Positions 12,201-24,744 of a stretch of 64,000 nt of DNA are shown in pieces. Positions within the stretch are counted from its first letter, which is position 1. Every line of letters starts with the position of its first letter. The notes under the pieces are model-generated. The model saw nothing but the letters and a program-made list of their open reading frames with translations. It made no database searches and was not told where the DNA came from. Source of the DNA: Phyllosticta citribraziliensis (Eukaryota); the NCBI RefSeq assembly GCF_038025025.1, contig NW_027117339.1:2356001-2420000 (forward strand), in the 5' to 3' direction. A program made the position numbers and the translations under genes.

Positions 12201-13803
12201 TATAGGGGAGAGGTATGCTTGACCACTTTGGATGGAGACGTGATTGGCATGGCTAAAATGTCTTTGATGCCCACGACCCACGGAGTAGCGCGCTCGCTTC
12301 TTGGACATGACTTCAGGAAGCCCGAATATCTTGACTGCTCGAAATTCCTTTGCTTCTTCATCGCCTCCAAAAGCGCTGCTCAGTCCCCACGAGCTGAGCC
12401 CGTGACCCCGAGGCTCTTCTGACGGCTCGATGCGCACCCAGTCACCAGAAAAGCAGCCAATTTTGACAAGCATGTTTGTTTCGACAAAAACACGAGCCTC
12501 TTCGTCGTCATCAGACCCTGGCTTGGGGTGCAGCATCTCTTCTGGGATCTTCTCAAGCAATCCTGTTGCTTTGAATACTCTGCGGCTTGCTCCACGAGCG
12601 GTTCCGGAGGTGAATGTGGAGTACACCGAACCCGCCCCAGGGCTCATGATGCCATTTGCAGCATCACCAGCTCGTGGAGTGGCCGAAGTCCATGCAGATA
12701 GCACGCCAGAGGACTGGGGGGGGAGACTTGGAGCGCTCAGGGATATCATGTCCTCCGAGTCGTCTGAAAGATCGTCCGCCTCTGTTCCAGAAGCCTCGGA
12801 TTCCAAGTGGTCGGTGGCAGACGCATCTTCATCGGAAGGTGGGGACGGGCCGGTGGACAGCCCCTCTTCTTTCGCAGAATAAAACGAAGTAGTGTCGTCG
12901 TCATCGCTTGAGCCGCCCAATCTTCGAGGACTGGGTGCTACCGCGCGAGCTGCCGCAGATGACTTGACGTTGCGGGACTGTAGCACTACGACGCGCGTGC
13001 TCGGGAGCAGCAACCCTTGCGCGACAGGCTCACAAGACAAAACTTTGGCGGGCGGGGGAGTCTGATGAGTGATTGGATGTCCAGCAATGGGCAACGGCAA
13101 TTGATCTCCAGCGTGCACAATGTTTGGCGCTTGCAGTGCTTTGCGAACCGCATCTCTCCACTCACGCTCTTGATGCGCAGGATCCGGCTTCTCGCCCACT
13201 GTTCCGTTCGGCTTCCCCGCTCCGAAGCCGCCTCCGTACCTTTCTTTGACCTCGTCCAATTTGCTCAGCGCGTTGGAGTCGATGCTCACAAACACAGTAT
13301 CCAATCCGAGCGGCACGGCATCCAGAATACGAATTTCAATTGGGGTATCTTTGCGCGGCATGCGGTTTAGAGCCTGGAGGGTATTTACAAAGGACTGCAG
13401 AGCGAGGGACCTGGCGGGAAACTGGATCGAAGAATGGGCACGCGGAGCAGCATCGTCCTTTGCGGCAGCGCGAACAGGAACGACGGTCCAGGAAACTGAC
13501 GAGGGAGAGACGGCGGAAGTGGGTAGCCAGGGCGTAATGGCCACATGGTGAATGCGGTTTTGGGCGGGCACGGAGGCGTCACCTGGGGAGGTCAGCAAGA
13601 GCAGCTTTGACAGGCTGGAGTCAGTCGGTACCAGAAGACTTGACAGCGCCGGGGAAGAGGTCAACAAAGAGGTCGTCGGAGAGGATGCCAACATGGCCCT
13701 TGACGCGGTCGTCGAGGAGCAGATGGGCGGATATAGCGGGCTTGTCCTGGCGCCTCCTCCTCCGTCGTCTCTTGCGCTGGTTGACAATAGCATTCACAGC
13801 CAT
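9280..13803 (-). CDS. PEX6: Peroxin-6, peroxisomal AAA+ ATPase (exons 13803-13632, 13582-10165, 10111-9280)
   Basis: D2 AAA module: IGAPKIPNVQWSDVGGL, Walker A GPPGTGKT, Walker B [31 protein letters not shown], then FTGADLYALCSDAML. D1 is degenerate. Arg-rich fungal Pex6 N-terminus in exon 1. Introns of 49 and 53 nt restore the frame. Confidence 0.96.
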
Positions 13804-14468
13804 GGTTGGCGGCGGGAGGAATCAAGCGAAGACGGGCAACTGTTGGCGCAAGTCATCAACGGTCGTCGGGCTGTTGGAGCTCGCGCCGCATGGCTGAGGT
13901 GCCGAGGTAAACGATGGACGCCGGGTAGCCGACTTGCGTTGCGGTACAAGTTACGACAAGGCGAAGGGCGATGCGTTGCAGGAATGGCTCACTTGATGCC
14001 TGCTCAGGTCGTCGCCAACTGCGTGGTCCCGTCTGCAGGAAGGAAGGGAGATGCACAGGCGGGATTTGGGCTTGTTTTCCCGCTCGACATCGAATACAAC
14101 CATCCTGATGATTACCAAGGTTTGGTAGGGTCACCAGGGATGCCGCTTCACATGGATGGCGATGGCGACGCGGGACGCCCTACACTGCACCTCCTCCAAT
14201 GCGCGACGCTACGTCATCCTCCGCCGTTTTGTTCGTTTCCCGGTCTGTCACGGTCTCCATCCTACTGAAACCCTCGTCATCCTGGCACAGGACTACTCTT
14301 TCACCAGCCGAAGTCTATGCGCTGCCAACTTGATCCTTCCACCAAGCCATATTTTCCCAGCGCCACCCCCGGTTCCCTAATGCCAACCGAGCCGTTTGTT
14401 GTTGATTGTATTCATATGACCTCCCCCACACATTCCAACACCCCTTCCTACGACCGCAATCGATAGAC

Positions 14469-16907
14469 ATGCCTTCGGCTACCCTCGTCGCCCAGAAAGC
14501 AAGGCAAAAAACACGGCCGATCCATGAGCCTGCCGTCGAGTTTGCCCACCAGTCGGAGCGCCTTGGTCTCTACACACACAAGCAGGAAGACGATCAGACG
14601 GGATCCACGCATGCGGTCGAGGCAAGATTCGTGACGGGTCGCGACCCAGTCATAGAGACGGCAAATGGTGGACGCCTGCCTGCTGTGCCTGTCGACGAGG
14701 CTATCAAGTTGAACAACCTCAAGGATCACCTCGAGGAGCACGGTGATCCAAAGGCCAATCGCATCCACGACTGCACGCAAAAGAACGGCACCTGCAATGG
14801 AACCAACCATGGTAGGCAACCCAAAGGGTCTGCTTCCGAGAGCATGCATTCCAAGCAGTCTTCCGAGCCAGATGCCCCGCTACGACAGGCCGTGCCTGTG
14901 TCCAAGACGCACCCTCTGTTTCCTCCGCTGCCCATGTACGGACCACCGTCATTGATGAGAGATCTACAATGCCTTGGGTTCCGCATATCTTCAGCCATAT
15001 TATCATTCTTTTTCCTCTACGTCATCTTCTTGGGCGCCATATTCACAAGCACACCGTTGTTGGTCAAATCGATATGGAGACGAATGACTTTTCGGGACCC
15101 GAACATGTACCGACCATTCTACAACGAGGAAAAGAAGAGGAAACAGGCTCGAAAGGAGGCCGAGAGGTCGTGGAAACAAAAGGTACACAGGGGAAAAGCG
15201 CAAGACGAGAGAAATCCTGACAGAGAGGACGTTCCTGGCCAAAACAGCGAATACGTGCCTACAGAGGGAGGTCCAGACACCTTTCCCTGTGATGTGGGAT
15301 ATTACGCGCGTCGCGTAGGGCTGGACTGCGAGGTCTTTCAGGTACAGACTGAGGACGGTTTCATTCTGGATCTGTGGCATCTGTACAACCCCCGCGAATA
15401 TCGTCCGGCAGACTCTCCCACTCGCGCCCCGAATTCTCCAGATCTTTTCAACAACGAAGGGCCAGATGGCTCTCAATTTCCTTTTGGGAAAAGAAGATAT
15501 CCGATCCTCATGATCCACGGTCTTTTGCAGTCGGCCGGGGCCTACACCTGCAATGACGAGGAAAGTCTTGCTTTTTACCTCGCCAAATCGGGTTACGATG
15601 TCTGGCTTGGAAACAACCGTTGCGGCTTCACACCTCGACACAGCCTTCTCAGCTACAACGACCCACGAATGTGGGCCTGGAATATCAGAGCCATGGGAGT
15701 CATGGACTTGCCAGCGCTCGTCAGTCGCGTTCTCCACGAAACGGGATTCCCCAAACTCGGCCTCATTGCTCACTCGCAAGGGACCACGGAAACATTTGTT
15801 GCATTGGCAAAAGACCAGCGCCCTGAGCTCGGCGAGAAAATATCCGTCTTCTGTGCCCTTGCTCCTGCCGCGTATGCTGGTCCCCTTGTGGGCAAGATTT
15901 ACTTCAAATTCATGCAAATCATCAGCCCGGCGATGTTCCGCATCATCTTTGGAATCCACTCGTTCATCCCATTAATGATGTTCATGCACTCGATATTGCC
16001 TGGACGCATTTACGGGGCCCTGGGATACCGCATTTTCAGCTTCATGTTTGACTGGAGCGACGATCGCTGGGAAAAGGACTTGCGCCCCCGCATGTTCCAG
16101 TGGTCTCCTGTCTACGTGTCCGCCGAGAGCATGCGATGGTGGCTTGGTCGCGAATGCTTCGCGCGCCAGAAATGCGTTTTGGCTACGCGCGAGGAAAAGG
16201 AAGCAGAGGAGAAGGAGGACATGCAAGAGGAGCAGAATGATGCCCTTCGGAACTACTACAACCACGATTCGGCATTCAAGCGGCACGCCAAGGAGAATTC
16301 ATCTTCCTCAGCCAAGTCCAACCATGACGACAAGGACCAAAGCGTCAGGCCAACTTCTCGACGCGCTCATCCTTCACGCAATTACTCGACATTCAGTCCT
16401 GCTCCTGGACACAGCCCTTCGCCATCGCCGACACGCAACTCGGCCTCGGAGCGATCCCGGTATTCATGGTACGGGCCGTCCGCACCTCCATTTGCGTTTT
16501 GGGTTGCTGGCAACGACGACCTCGTCGACGGACGGAGGCTTCTTAGACGCTTTGAACGCGGCCGCGAGCCGTACGTTGACGTTGTGCACAGCAAGATCAT
16601 TGAGGGGTACGAGCACTTGGACGTGATCTGGGCCATGGACATGCTGGACAAGGTGGGGCGAGAGGTTAAGGAGGTGATCTGGAGGACGGCACCGAGCGAG
16701 TGTAGGGAGGCATGCAGGGTGCCGACTGGATGTGAGGAGGTGGAGTTTTGGATAGGTCGGAAGGAGAGAAGAGAGGCTGGCGGTGAGGAAAACGAAGATG
16801 GCGAGATGAATGGAAAGGTCACTGGGGTAGACGTGGATGTGACGACTGGAGAGTGGGCAGAGGAGATGAAAAGAGCAAGCGAGGAGAGAAAGACGGCAAC
16901 GGCCTGA
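14469..16907 (+). CDS. Alpha/beta-hydrolase lipase, sterol-ester hydrolase (Tgl1/Yeh1/Yeh2-like) family
   Basis: VQTEDGFIL, HGLLQS, GYDVWLGNNR, nucleophile elbow AHSQG and catalytic His in YEHLDVIW. N-terminal transmembrane segment. First in-frame ATG at 14469. Confidence 0.9.
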   Translation: MPSATLVAQKARQKTRPIHEPAVEFAHQSERLGLYTHKQEDDQTGSTHAVEARFVTGRDPVIETANGGRLPAVPVDEAIKLNNLKDHLEEHGDPKANRIHDCTQKNGTCNGTNHGRQPKGSASESMHSKQSSEPDAPLRQAVPVSKTHPLFPPLPMYGPPSLMRDLQCLGFRISSAILSFFFLYVIFLGAIFTSTPLLVKSIWRRMTFRDPNMYRPFYNEEKKRKQARKEAERSWKQKVHRGKAQDERNPDREDVPGQNSEYVPTEGGPDTFPCDVGYYARRVGLDCEVFQVQTEDGFILDLWHLYNPREYRPADSPTRAPNSPDLFNNEGPDGSQFPFGKRRYPILMIHGLLQSAGAYTCNDEESLAFYLAKSGYDVWLGNNRCGFTPRHSLLSYNDPRMWAWNIRAMGVMDLPALVSRVLHETGFPKLGLIAHSQGTTETFVALAKDQRPELGEKISVFCALAPAAYAGPLVGKIYFKFMQIISPAMFRIIFGIHSFIPLMMFMHSILPGRIYGALGYRIFSFMFDWSDDRWEKDLRPRMFQWSPVYVSAESMRWWLGRECFARQKCVLATREEKEAEEKEDMQEEQNDALRNYYNHDSAFKRHAKENSSSSAKSNHDDKDQSVRPTSRRAHPSRNYSTFSPAPGHSPSPSPTRNSASERSRYSWYGPSAPPFAFWVAGNDDLVDGRRLLRRFERGREPYVDVVHSKIIEGYEHLDVIWAMDMLDKVGREVKEVIWRTAPSECREACRVPTGCEEVEFWIGRKERREAGGEENEDGEMNGKVTGVDVDVTTGEWAEEMKRASEERKTATA

Positions 16908-17318
16908 ATGATGACTTGATGGGGAATGAAGCGATGGTTGGTAGATTGGTTTGGATTTCAGCATGTCTGGTGTTTGGGATACATGATTGCATGGCTAATG
17001 TTTACGCACAACTACATCTAGGAATAGGTAATGATCAAAGCATCAAGCACTCATCGCGAATGAAAGATTTGGTTGTTAAACTTGTGCCACACAATAATCC
17101 GAGTCGCGGCGCTACTGAAGAGCAGCCAGAAAACATCCAAGCTTCCTTGTGCTGAAGCACTCTGGAGCGTTCACACTCGGCTAGAATCTCGAGGAGAAAG
17201 TGAGAAGAAGCATTCAAGCTTCTATCCGCGTAAACACTGCACTTGGTTATACAATTGCTTTCCACCACCAAGCCTTGATGTGAGCTTCATTCAGCATAAT
17301 AGGTACAAGTCTTTTCTT

Positions 17319-17778
17319 CTAATCGCGTGCTCGAGTGTAGGTGAGTTCCTCCCGCCCCGTCGGCAGCTGTCCCGTTCTACACGCGGCGCTGGTGAAGCCG
17401 AAGCAAAGCAAGGCCAGGAGGATTCCAGATGCCATGGCTGGACCCGCGTGCCTGGGGCCGTAGCCCTCTTGTTCCTTCGGATCCCTGGGTCTTAGTCAGG
17501 TGGAGCTAGACACTTCCGCCGAACTGTCGCATCAGGCTGACGACGGCTTTGCGGGTTGTGAGTCCAGAGCTGATGGAGCTGAGAGTGGATACGTCTTGAG
17601 GTCTGTTCCGTGTACACCTGGCAGAGATGCCGATGTCGAAGGCGAGAGAGAGGTAGCCGAGGGACGCGGTAGTCGTCGTCGGCGTGGTACAAGCCAGCAG
17701 AGGGTACCCACGCGATGCGATGGCCGTGTGGTTGTTGAGTCGGGGAAGGCTCGGAATATCAACAAGACATGGCCGCAC
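17319..17778 (-). pseudogene. Possible decayed fragment of an allantoate/nicotinate-permease (Dal5/Tna1-type) MFS transporter
   Basis: Translated pieces AIASRGYPLLAC..LGYLSLAFDIGIS..GLTTRKAVVSLMRQFGG* and, after a frameshift, DPKEQEGYGPRHAG..GILLALLCFGF resemble the last helices of ACS-family permeases. There is no start and the frame is interrupted. Similarity judged by eye only. Confidence 0.3.
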
Positions 17779-18317
17779 CCAATGCCTAGATTGGCTTTAC
17801 ATGGTGGCCTCGTCTTCTGGCGAATCCCTCCCCCGCGTTACCCAGCGACCCCTCCCTCGCTTCACCGGCCAACCACGACTCGACCAACCGCCACCCCCAG
17901 ATTTCCAATGACGAGGGTTGAGAGGGGTAGCTCGAATGCCGGGCCCTCGAAGCGTCCTGGCGGCTCTCGGCTACTTGACACTGCTCGTCGGTTTGCAAAC
18001 CCGGCTGCGCCATGTCCTCCGCTGATTGGTTGCGACCTGGCACACGAGCTGCGAGACGCGCCGTCGCAAGCCGCTATGCCTAGCTATAAGGTCGCCCTCA
18101 TGACGTTAAGCTAGATATCAGCTCCAGTACGACTGCGACAAATACCTTCGCAACTGCACGACTGCGACTGAGACCAGGAGCGAGACTCGCCAACTGTTTC
18201 TTCCCCCTGATCCTTCAGCTCCCGCGGCGCTGGAGCTCGGCCTCCAACCTCAACACTCTCTCTGGACCGACTTTTGCTCCTCAGCAAATCCTCTTTGGGA
18301 ATCTCACTACAGTCGCC

Positions 18318-19924
18318 ATGATTGTTGATTTGATATTCAGTCCCTGGACACTCCTGGCCCTGGCCATCCTCTACTACGTCGTGCCGTACGTCAACAACAA
18401 GGCCCTCCGCGATGTCCCTGCTCCGTTCCCTGCCCAGTTCTCCAATCTCTGGTTGCTATGGCAGACCCGCCGGGGACGTCGTTACCTCGCTGTCCATGAC
18501 TTGCACAAGAGGCTTGGAAGGTTTGTGCGGATACAGCCACACCACGTCTCTATAGCCGACCCCGACGCGATTCCGCTGGTGTATGGGCACGGCAATGGCT
18601 ACTTGAAGAGGTAAGTGGAGCCCCATTTGGACTATGAGAACCTGCCTAAGTCAAAATTTAGCGAATACTACGAAGCATTCGTATCCATTCAGCGCGGATT
18701 GTTCAGCACCAGAGACCGCGCCGAGCACACGCGCAAACGCAAGACCGTCTCTCATACCTTCAGCGCGAAATCCATTGGCCAGTTTGAACAGTACATGCAC
18801 AATAACATTCAAGACCTAATTGCCCAATGGGACCGCATGTCAAAGTCGGCTGGCGGCGACTATGCCCACATGGACGCTCTACAGTGGTTCAATTACCTTG
18901 CCTTTGACATCATCGGAGACCTGGCTTTTGGAGCTCCCTTTGGTATGCTCAAGGAGGGCAGAGACTATGCAGAGGTTCGGGAGAGCCCAGATGCTCCGCC
19001 CAAAATTGCTCCAGCTATCCAGGTGCTGAATCGGAGGGGAGAAGTCTCTGCGTACGTCAACACGTGCTGGATGAGAATTCGCGCTAACAAAAGTCTAGCA
19101 CACTTGGATGCCTCCCGTGGCTGAAGAAATATGCGAAACACTTGCCTGACCCCTTTTTCTCGCAGGGCATGGAAGCTATTGAAAACCTCGCCGGTATCGC
19201 CATTGCTCGCGTCAAGCAACGCCTTGACAATGCCGACAAGATTGATCGGGTTGACCTTCTCGCACGGCTCATGGAGGGCAAAGATGAAAACGGAGAGAAG
19301 ATGGGCCGCGCAGAGTTGACAGCGGAGGCGCAAACTCAACTGATTGCCGGCTCGGACACGACGAGCAACACTTCGTGCGCTCTGCTATACCACTGCCTCC
19401 GGCATCCCGAGGTAATCAAGAAGCTGCAGGCGGAGCTGGACGCCGCCATCCCCGACATTGAAACACTACCCCAATTCTTCATGGTCAAAGACCTGCCGTA
19501 CCTGGACGCCGTGATCAAGGAGACGATGCGCATCCACAGCACCTCATCGCTCGGGCTGCCGCGCATTGTCGCCGCGCCAGGCCTCACGTTCCAAGGACGC
19601 TACTTCCCGCCAGGGACCGTCGTGTCGGTGCCTTCGTACACGATGCATCACTCGACGGCCGTGTGGGGTCCTGACGCCGACGAGTTCCGTCCAGAGCGCT
19701 GGGAGACGGTGACGGAGGACCAAAAGGCGGCATTCATTCCCTTCAGCTACGGCCCGCGCGCGTGCGTCGGCCGCAACGTCGCTGAGATGGAGCTCGCCCT
19801 GATTGTCAGCACCGTGTTTCGCCGGTATGAGTTTGAACTGCGCCAGGGCAAAATGGAGACGCGCGAAGGCTTTTTGAGGAAGCCGCTGGGCCTGGAGGTT
19901 GGTATGAAGAAGAGGGCAAATTGA
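18318..19924 (+). CDS. CYP53: Cytochrome P450 CYP53, benzoate 4-monooxygenase (bphA-like) (exons 18318-18610, 18662-19051, 19099-19924)
   Basis: CYP53-type motifs YGHGNGYLKSEYYEAFVSI.RGLF.TRDRAEHTRKRK and LNRRGEVSATLG. I-helix AGSDTTS, ETMR, PERW and heme motif PFSYGPRACVG. Introns of 51 and 47 nt. Confidence 0.95.
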
Positions 19925-21119
19925 GTGTGGAAAATGGAGTAGTGGTCTGTGAGTGAGTGATGCATGCGGTTGAGGAAATTGTTGATAAGTCCTTGTGCCT
20001 GGTGTTGAGGAGTTGTGGACAGGCCTGGTCTAATTCGTGTCCATCTTTCGAAGCGCGACTTGGTGATTCTTGGGCCTGACTTGTTCCACTTCATAGCTTG
20101 TACATGCGTGCATTTACGCGCCAGTCCTTGTAGATATTCTACTCATTAGGCTGTATGATGTCCCTCACTCAAGCGCCAACTCATATCTACCTATCTTATT
20201 TGACTCTTACCTACTCACCTTCCTGCCTGCCTATAGTTGACCGCACCATCCCAATCCCTGCTGAAACCACCTGGTGCATCCCCTGTCTACCGCGAAACAA
20301 AAGAATAGAAGGAAAAAGAAGAAAAAAGCCTACTTTTGACTCGCCGACGTCTCAAGCGCGCGTCTGACTCTCCGCACATCCCTACCTGCCTCTGCCCGCC
20401 ACCAACGCCCCGCGCGCTTGGCTGCCTTTTCCGACCCCCTTCTTTCCCGTGCGTATCTGTTTACCTTAACCGGTCGGAGAAAAAGGGGGGGGCCGGCCCA
20501 CGGTAATGAGGCGGGCGGGCGGACGGACGGGCGGGCAGGCATTTAGGTATGCAGGAAATCGCAGGCATGCCGTCCCGTGCCGTGGATGCGTGGCGGGAAT
20601 CAACGTCAACCGACGTGGGAAGGGAACAGAGGGGGGTGAGAGTGTGAGTCCTGTCAAGTCGTCGGAGGACGAGGTCGAAGGGGCGCAGAGTCTGTCAACC
20701 ATTCGCCCTGCGTTCGCAAAATTGGTGGTACGATGACAGATTTCTCCATAGACGGGAGTTGGGTTGAGTTCATTATCAAACACTTGCTGAGCACCAGTTG
20801 AAGAATCGCAAGCAGACAGGCCACAAGCTCGTTTGGGATATAATAACAGAGGCGAAACTACACAATAGTAAAAGGGGGTATACAAAAAGCCGCCATCCGC
20901 CAATACACCACAAGCAAGCCAGCCAGCCAACGCTGTAAAACCAGCAATTCAAAACAGTCCCAACCGGGTTCTTAAACAAGGAAATTCCAATTACCAGCTC
21001 TTCTCTCCACGTTTTGGTTTTGCTTTTTGTTCCCTTCACTGTAACCAAAAGCTGGTACTCTCCCCTTCCTGCACGTCTCCTGTGCTCCTCGTTCAACTCC
21101 CCTCGTCCCACCGCTGCCG

Positions 21120-22382
21120 TCACTGCTCAATGCAGCTCACCAACTCGTCATCCCCCTTGTCCCAATTACACCGGGCACTCCATTTGATGTTGGCCGTGTA
21201 ATTGTGCGTGCCCTCGTCCTGCAAATGCGTGTTGACCAGGCTGTGCTGCAGATTCGACGCGGCGGCGGGGACGTGGTGATGGAAAAGCTCCGGGTTGGCC
21301 GAAAAGCAACGCAACTCGTGTGTGCGGCAGCGCGTGTGCAGCCACATGTCCCAGGCTTGCGCGGCACCCTGTTTGAAGTCGTCTAGTATGTGCGCGACCG
21401 ACCTCCCGTTGACGGCGTAGGCAAAGCTGCAGATTGGCCCCGCGGCGTACTGGATCCACCGCGTGAAGGGCGGCCCGTTACCTAGACGACTGTCGTATCC
21501 TATTATACTTGCTGGCAGTGTCGTGTCGTTGAGGAGGATGTAGTCATCCGTAAAGGGGTCGTGCTTGCGCTTCGCGCCGACGGCCTTTCGACGCTTGGGA
21601 ATGTCCCATGCGCTTTTGATTGCCCCGCTGTACATGTCGTCGTCGTCAAAGGCGTCCGGTCCAAGTTCCTCTGCTTCGGACTCGTCGATTTCTTCGGGGA
21701 ATGGTAGGCGCTCGCCGCAGTGACCCAGCCAGAGAACGTCCCAGTGATTACCCCAAGGCCAGCCGGGGGCAGCCGTGGCATTCGCAGGCGTTGAGAGATT
21801 CCGCATGGCAGATGCTACCATCTTCGCTTGCTCGTGAATGGTAATGTCCCAGTCGGCGTCATCTTCGAGGATGAGTACCGACGAGTGGTTGCGTGCCGCA
21901 TTGAGAACTTGAAGGTGGCCCAGCCAGGCGCGAGCGCTGCCTTCGTTGAGGGTCCCCGACAGGCTGGTTGCCATGAATGCGTCGACTTCGGGTTGACTAG
22001 GTGGCGTTTGAGGTGGGATAGTGACGGTCAGGTTGGTGCGATTTGCCGCGAGAACCAACCCGTCAGAACGCCATGTTCGCCATGGTGAGACGGTGAAAAT
22101 GGCTTCAAACTGTCAAATCGCTAGTAAGCATGTGAACAACGTCCAGGGTCCGGGGCATCCAAAACGTACCCCGAGAGTGGCATTTTCTGTACCGAGAGAC
22201 TGCTTGTTGGCAGGAGAGAATGATCCGAGGAGTTTGGCTGGTGCGAGAGAAGATGGCGAAAAGTTCTTGATGCTTTGGATAGTGTCTGGACCCGGTCGTT
22301 GCCAAAGCACAAGGAAGATGACAACGACTAGAATGAAAGAAATGATGCCGCTAGAGCGACGGGAATGAGTGCACGGCAGCAT
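21120..22382 (-). CDS. Fungal glycosyltransferase family 25-like type-II membrane protein (exons 22382-22170, 22109-21120)
   Basis: N-terminal signal anchor, NATLGFEAIF spanning the intron, LILEDDADWD, WDVLWLGHCG, PICSFAYAV, LFHHH and IKWSARCN, all typical of the fungal GT25 group. Confidence 0.85.
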
Positions 22383-23274
22383 GGCATCTACTGTTACGGC
22401 AGTTACAGGCCCATAATGAGGTGGTGGTGTAGTTGGCCTGGGAAGCAACGAAGAAAAAGCGGCGGAAGAATACGGTTATTGGACCAACGGGTTTTGTAGG
22501 CTTTGGCCCAACGGCAGCAGCTCACAGAGGCCGCGGAACACGGGGGAAAGGCACACAAAGTCAAAGTTGTGAGGGAGCCGTGGTACTTAATGGGCGACAT
22601 CGTAGGGCTGCCGGGGTAATGGTACCGAAATAGGAGCGTGCCTAGAGAAAGTGGGGAGCGCCTGCAAAGTCCCTGTCCTGCGGCAATTGGCCGAGCGCAA
22701 AAAAGCTTCAGAACTGGCAGGAAAAAATGAGATGAAGCGGACCTGCCGTATGCGCTTGGCACAGCGGCGGAATCGTCCAGGCCCCCTGATTCGCCCGGCC
22801 GTGGCGCTTCTTTTCAGAGGGCCACAGGCCCAAAGTTTCATGGCGCAGCTAACCCGTAGTAAGCAGATCGATAAACCTCCCACTTTGACATCTCGGCCAG
22901 CCGCCTGACGCCTCTCCTAATACCTTGGCCGTACTACTTTCTTTTCTTTTCCGCGGCAAGGTGCTTGTCATGGACGCTCCTCATGATACCTTGTGCTACG
23001 ACACGTCTCGGAGCCTCCGAGTGCGTATTCCCACAAACATGCCATTTCCCGTTGGCCCTTGCGCGCTATCGCCATCCCCACAGTCGCGTCTTGGCTGTTC
23101 GCTCCGACAGCGTAGATCCCGAAATTGGTTCTACGCGGCTCGTCAGATACGGCCTTTGCAGCGCCGTCCTCGGAATATCGCCGGTCACCATCGATGCCGT
23201 CAGGCTGCGCGACGCTGTGATGTCCAACAAGCTGAAAGCTAATGCGCGCTGGAGCCGTTGCACGAACCTTGCCT

Positions 23275-24744
23275 TCATCCCTGCCTTCGCGTGGTTCGCT
23301 GCTGCTGATCCATGTCGCTAGTTGCAGCAAGTAGGTACTTGCAGCAGATCAGAGTGTCCTTGCACGCGCGCGTCCACGTCTCCTCTTGGTTGAAGCTCAA
23401 TTTGATGCTCTGGTCGCGAATCTTGTCCTTCCTGATTGTGTACGGCAACTTGAAACAAGATTCGTGAATTTGTCTTAGACACTCCAAGAAGGCGACCATG
23501 GCGCTGTCGAACCGTCGATGGAGGAAGCCGAGCCCCAGTGGCATGTCTCCGCTGCAGTACAGCTCTAGTACGGTAATTTTGGGCTTCGGGGGGTGCGCCG
23601 GGTCGTCTGTCGATGCGCTCTGCGGGTAGTCGTGCTTCTCAATGGTGGATGTTGAACCCATGGGACACAGCTTGTAGCCCTTGAACGTGTATTGAGCCTT
23701 GTCAGCTACCGTCGCAAGAAGTAAGCATGTCTGACCCCACGCCGCATTGATTTCGTCCCAGCCGACCATGACAGCTGAAGTCCTGCCGAGCCGAAGTCCG
23801 TTGATGGTAGCGAAAATGCCGTCGTGTCCTATCGTAAAGGTGTCGTTATAAACATTGGTTCGCTGAAGGCGTCGAACTTGTTTGGTGTCGTGGTCGAAGC
23901 GGTTATTTATGCGATCGCGTTCGCTCTGAAAGGTTGCGAGAGTGACGGCAAAGGCATTGCGTTCGCGCCAAAATGCCTCTTCTTCCTTGTCCAGCTCTTG
24001 CGCCTCCTCGTCAAGCTTGGCTATTTCTTCGTCCATGGCTGCCTTTTCCCTTTCCAGTCTTTCCAGTTCCTTGAATGACGATTCCTCCTGCTTCTTTACC
24101 TCCTCAAGATTCTTTTTGGCCTGCTGTTGCTCCTCCTCGGTAGGTATATCCGCATTCGCCTGCCGGAGGTATTCGACGTAGGCGTCTCTCTCTTTTGTTG
24201 CCGTGGACAGGCGCTTCTGTAGTAACTCGACAAGCAGTTCCGTGCATTCGACGCAGATGGGATGGTCAATGTCGGATCGTGCAGACAAGACCTCAAAGAG
24301 CCTTTGTACCGTCTCCATCTTATGGGACATGGTTTGATCAAAGGTGTCATGTGCTGCTCCGTGACCATCGCCTGGCACCTTGTGGGGTCCTTGGGGGACT
24401 ACTTGAGACTCGGTGAGCATGACGAAGGACATGGAGGGGTGGTGATTCGATTCGCGGCCACCCCGACTCGAGGGTACGGTGCGCTTGAATATCGGCGTTG
24501 TCGCCTTGTTTGCGACTCGATCGTGAGCATCGCGGCGGTCTTGAGAGTATGTCGGGCGAGACTGGTGAAGAGGAAGAGATCTTTGCTTTGCCGAAGGACC
24601 GATCGAGTCTGTAGGGTGTTAGCATGTCCCAGACGGGGGCGCCGATGAAGCAGACGGACCGGTAATCAACTTGAAGGCTGCTGGATTCAGGTCCTCGAGG
24701 GATGGGTCGAGCTTGACCGGCGTCCGACATTTTTGGCAATACAT
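23275..24744 (-). CDS. ATG6: Autophagy protein Atg6/Vps30 (Beclin) (exons 24744-24660, 24608-23275)
   Basis: MYCQKCRTP.KLD.SLEDLNPAAF start, MSFVMLTESQV, IDHPICVECT, coiled coil, TNVYNDTF.I.HDG.FATINGLRLGR and WDEINAAWGQ. 51-nt intron. Confidence 0.96.

Noticed and set aside
13632..13793. ORF-track start of the 1210-aa Pex6 ORF at 13793
   Set aside because: Non-ATG start in the wrong frame; the real exon 1 starts at ATG 13803 and joins through a 49-nt intron.
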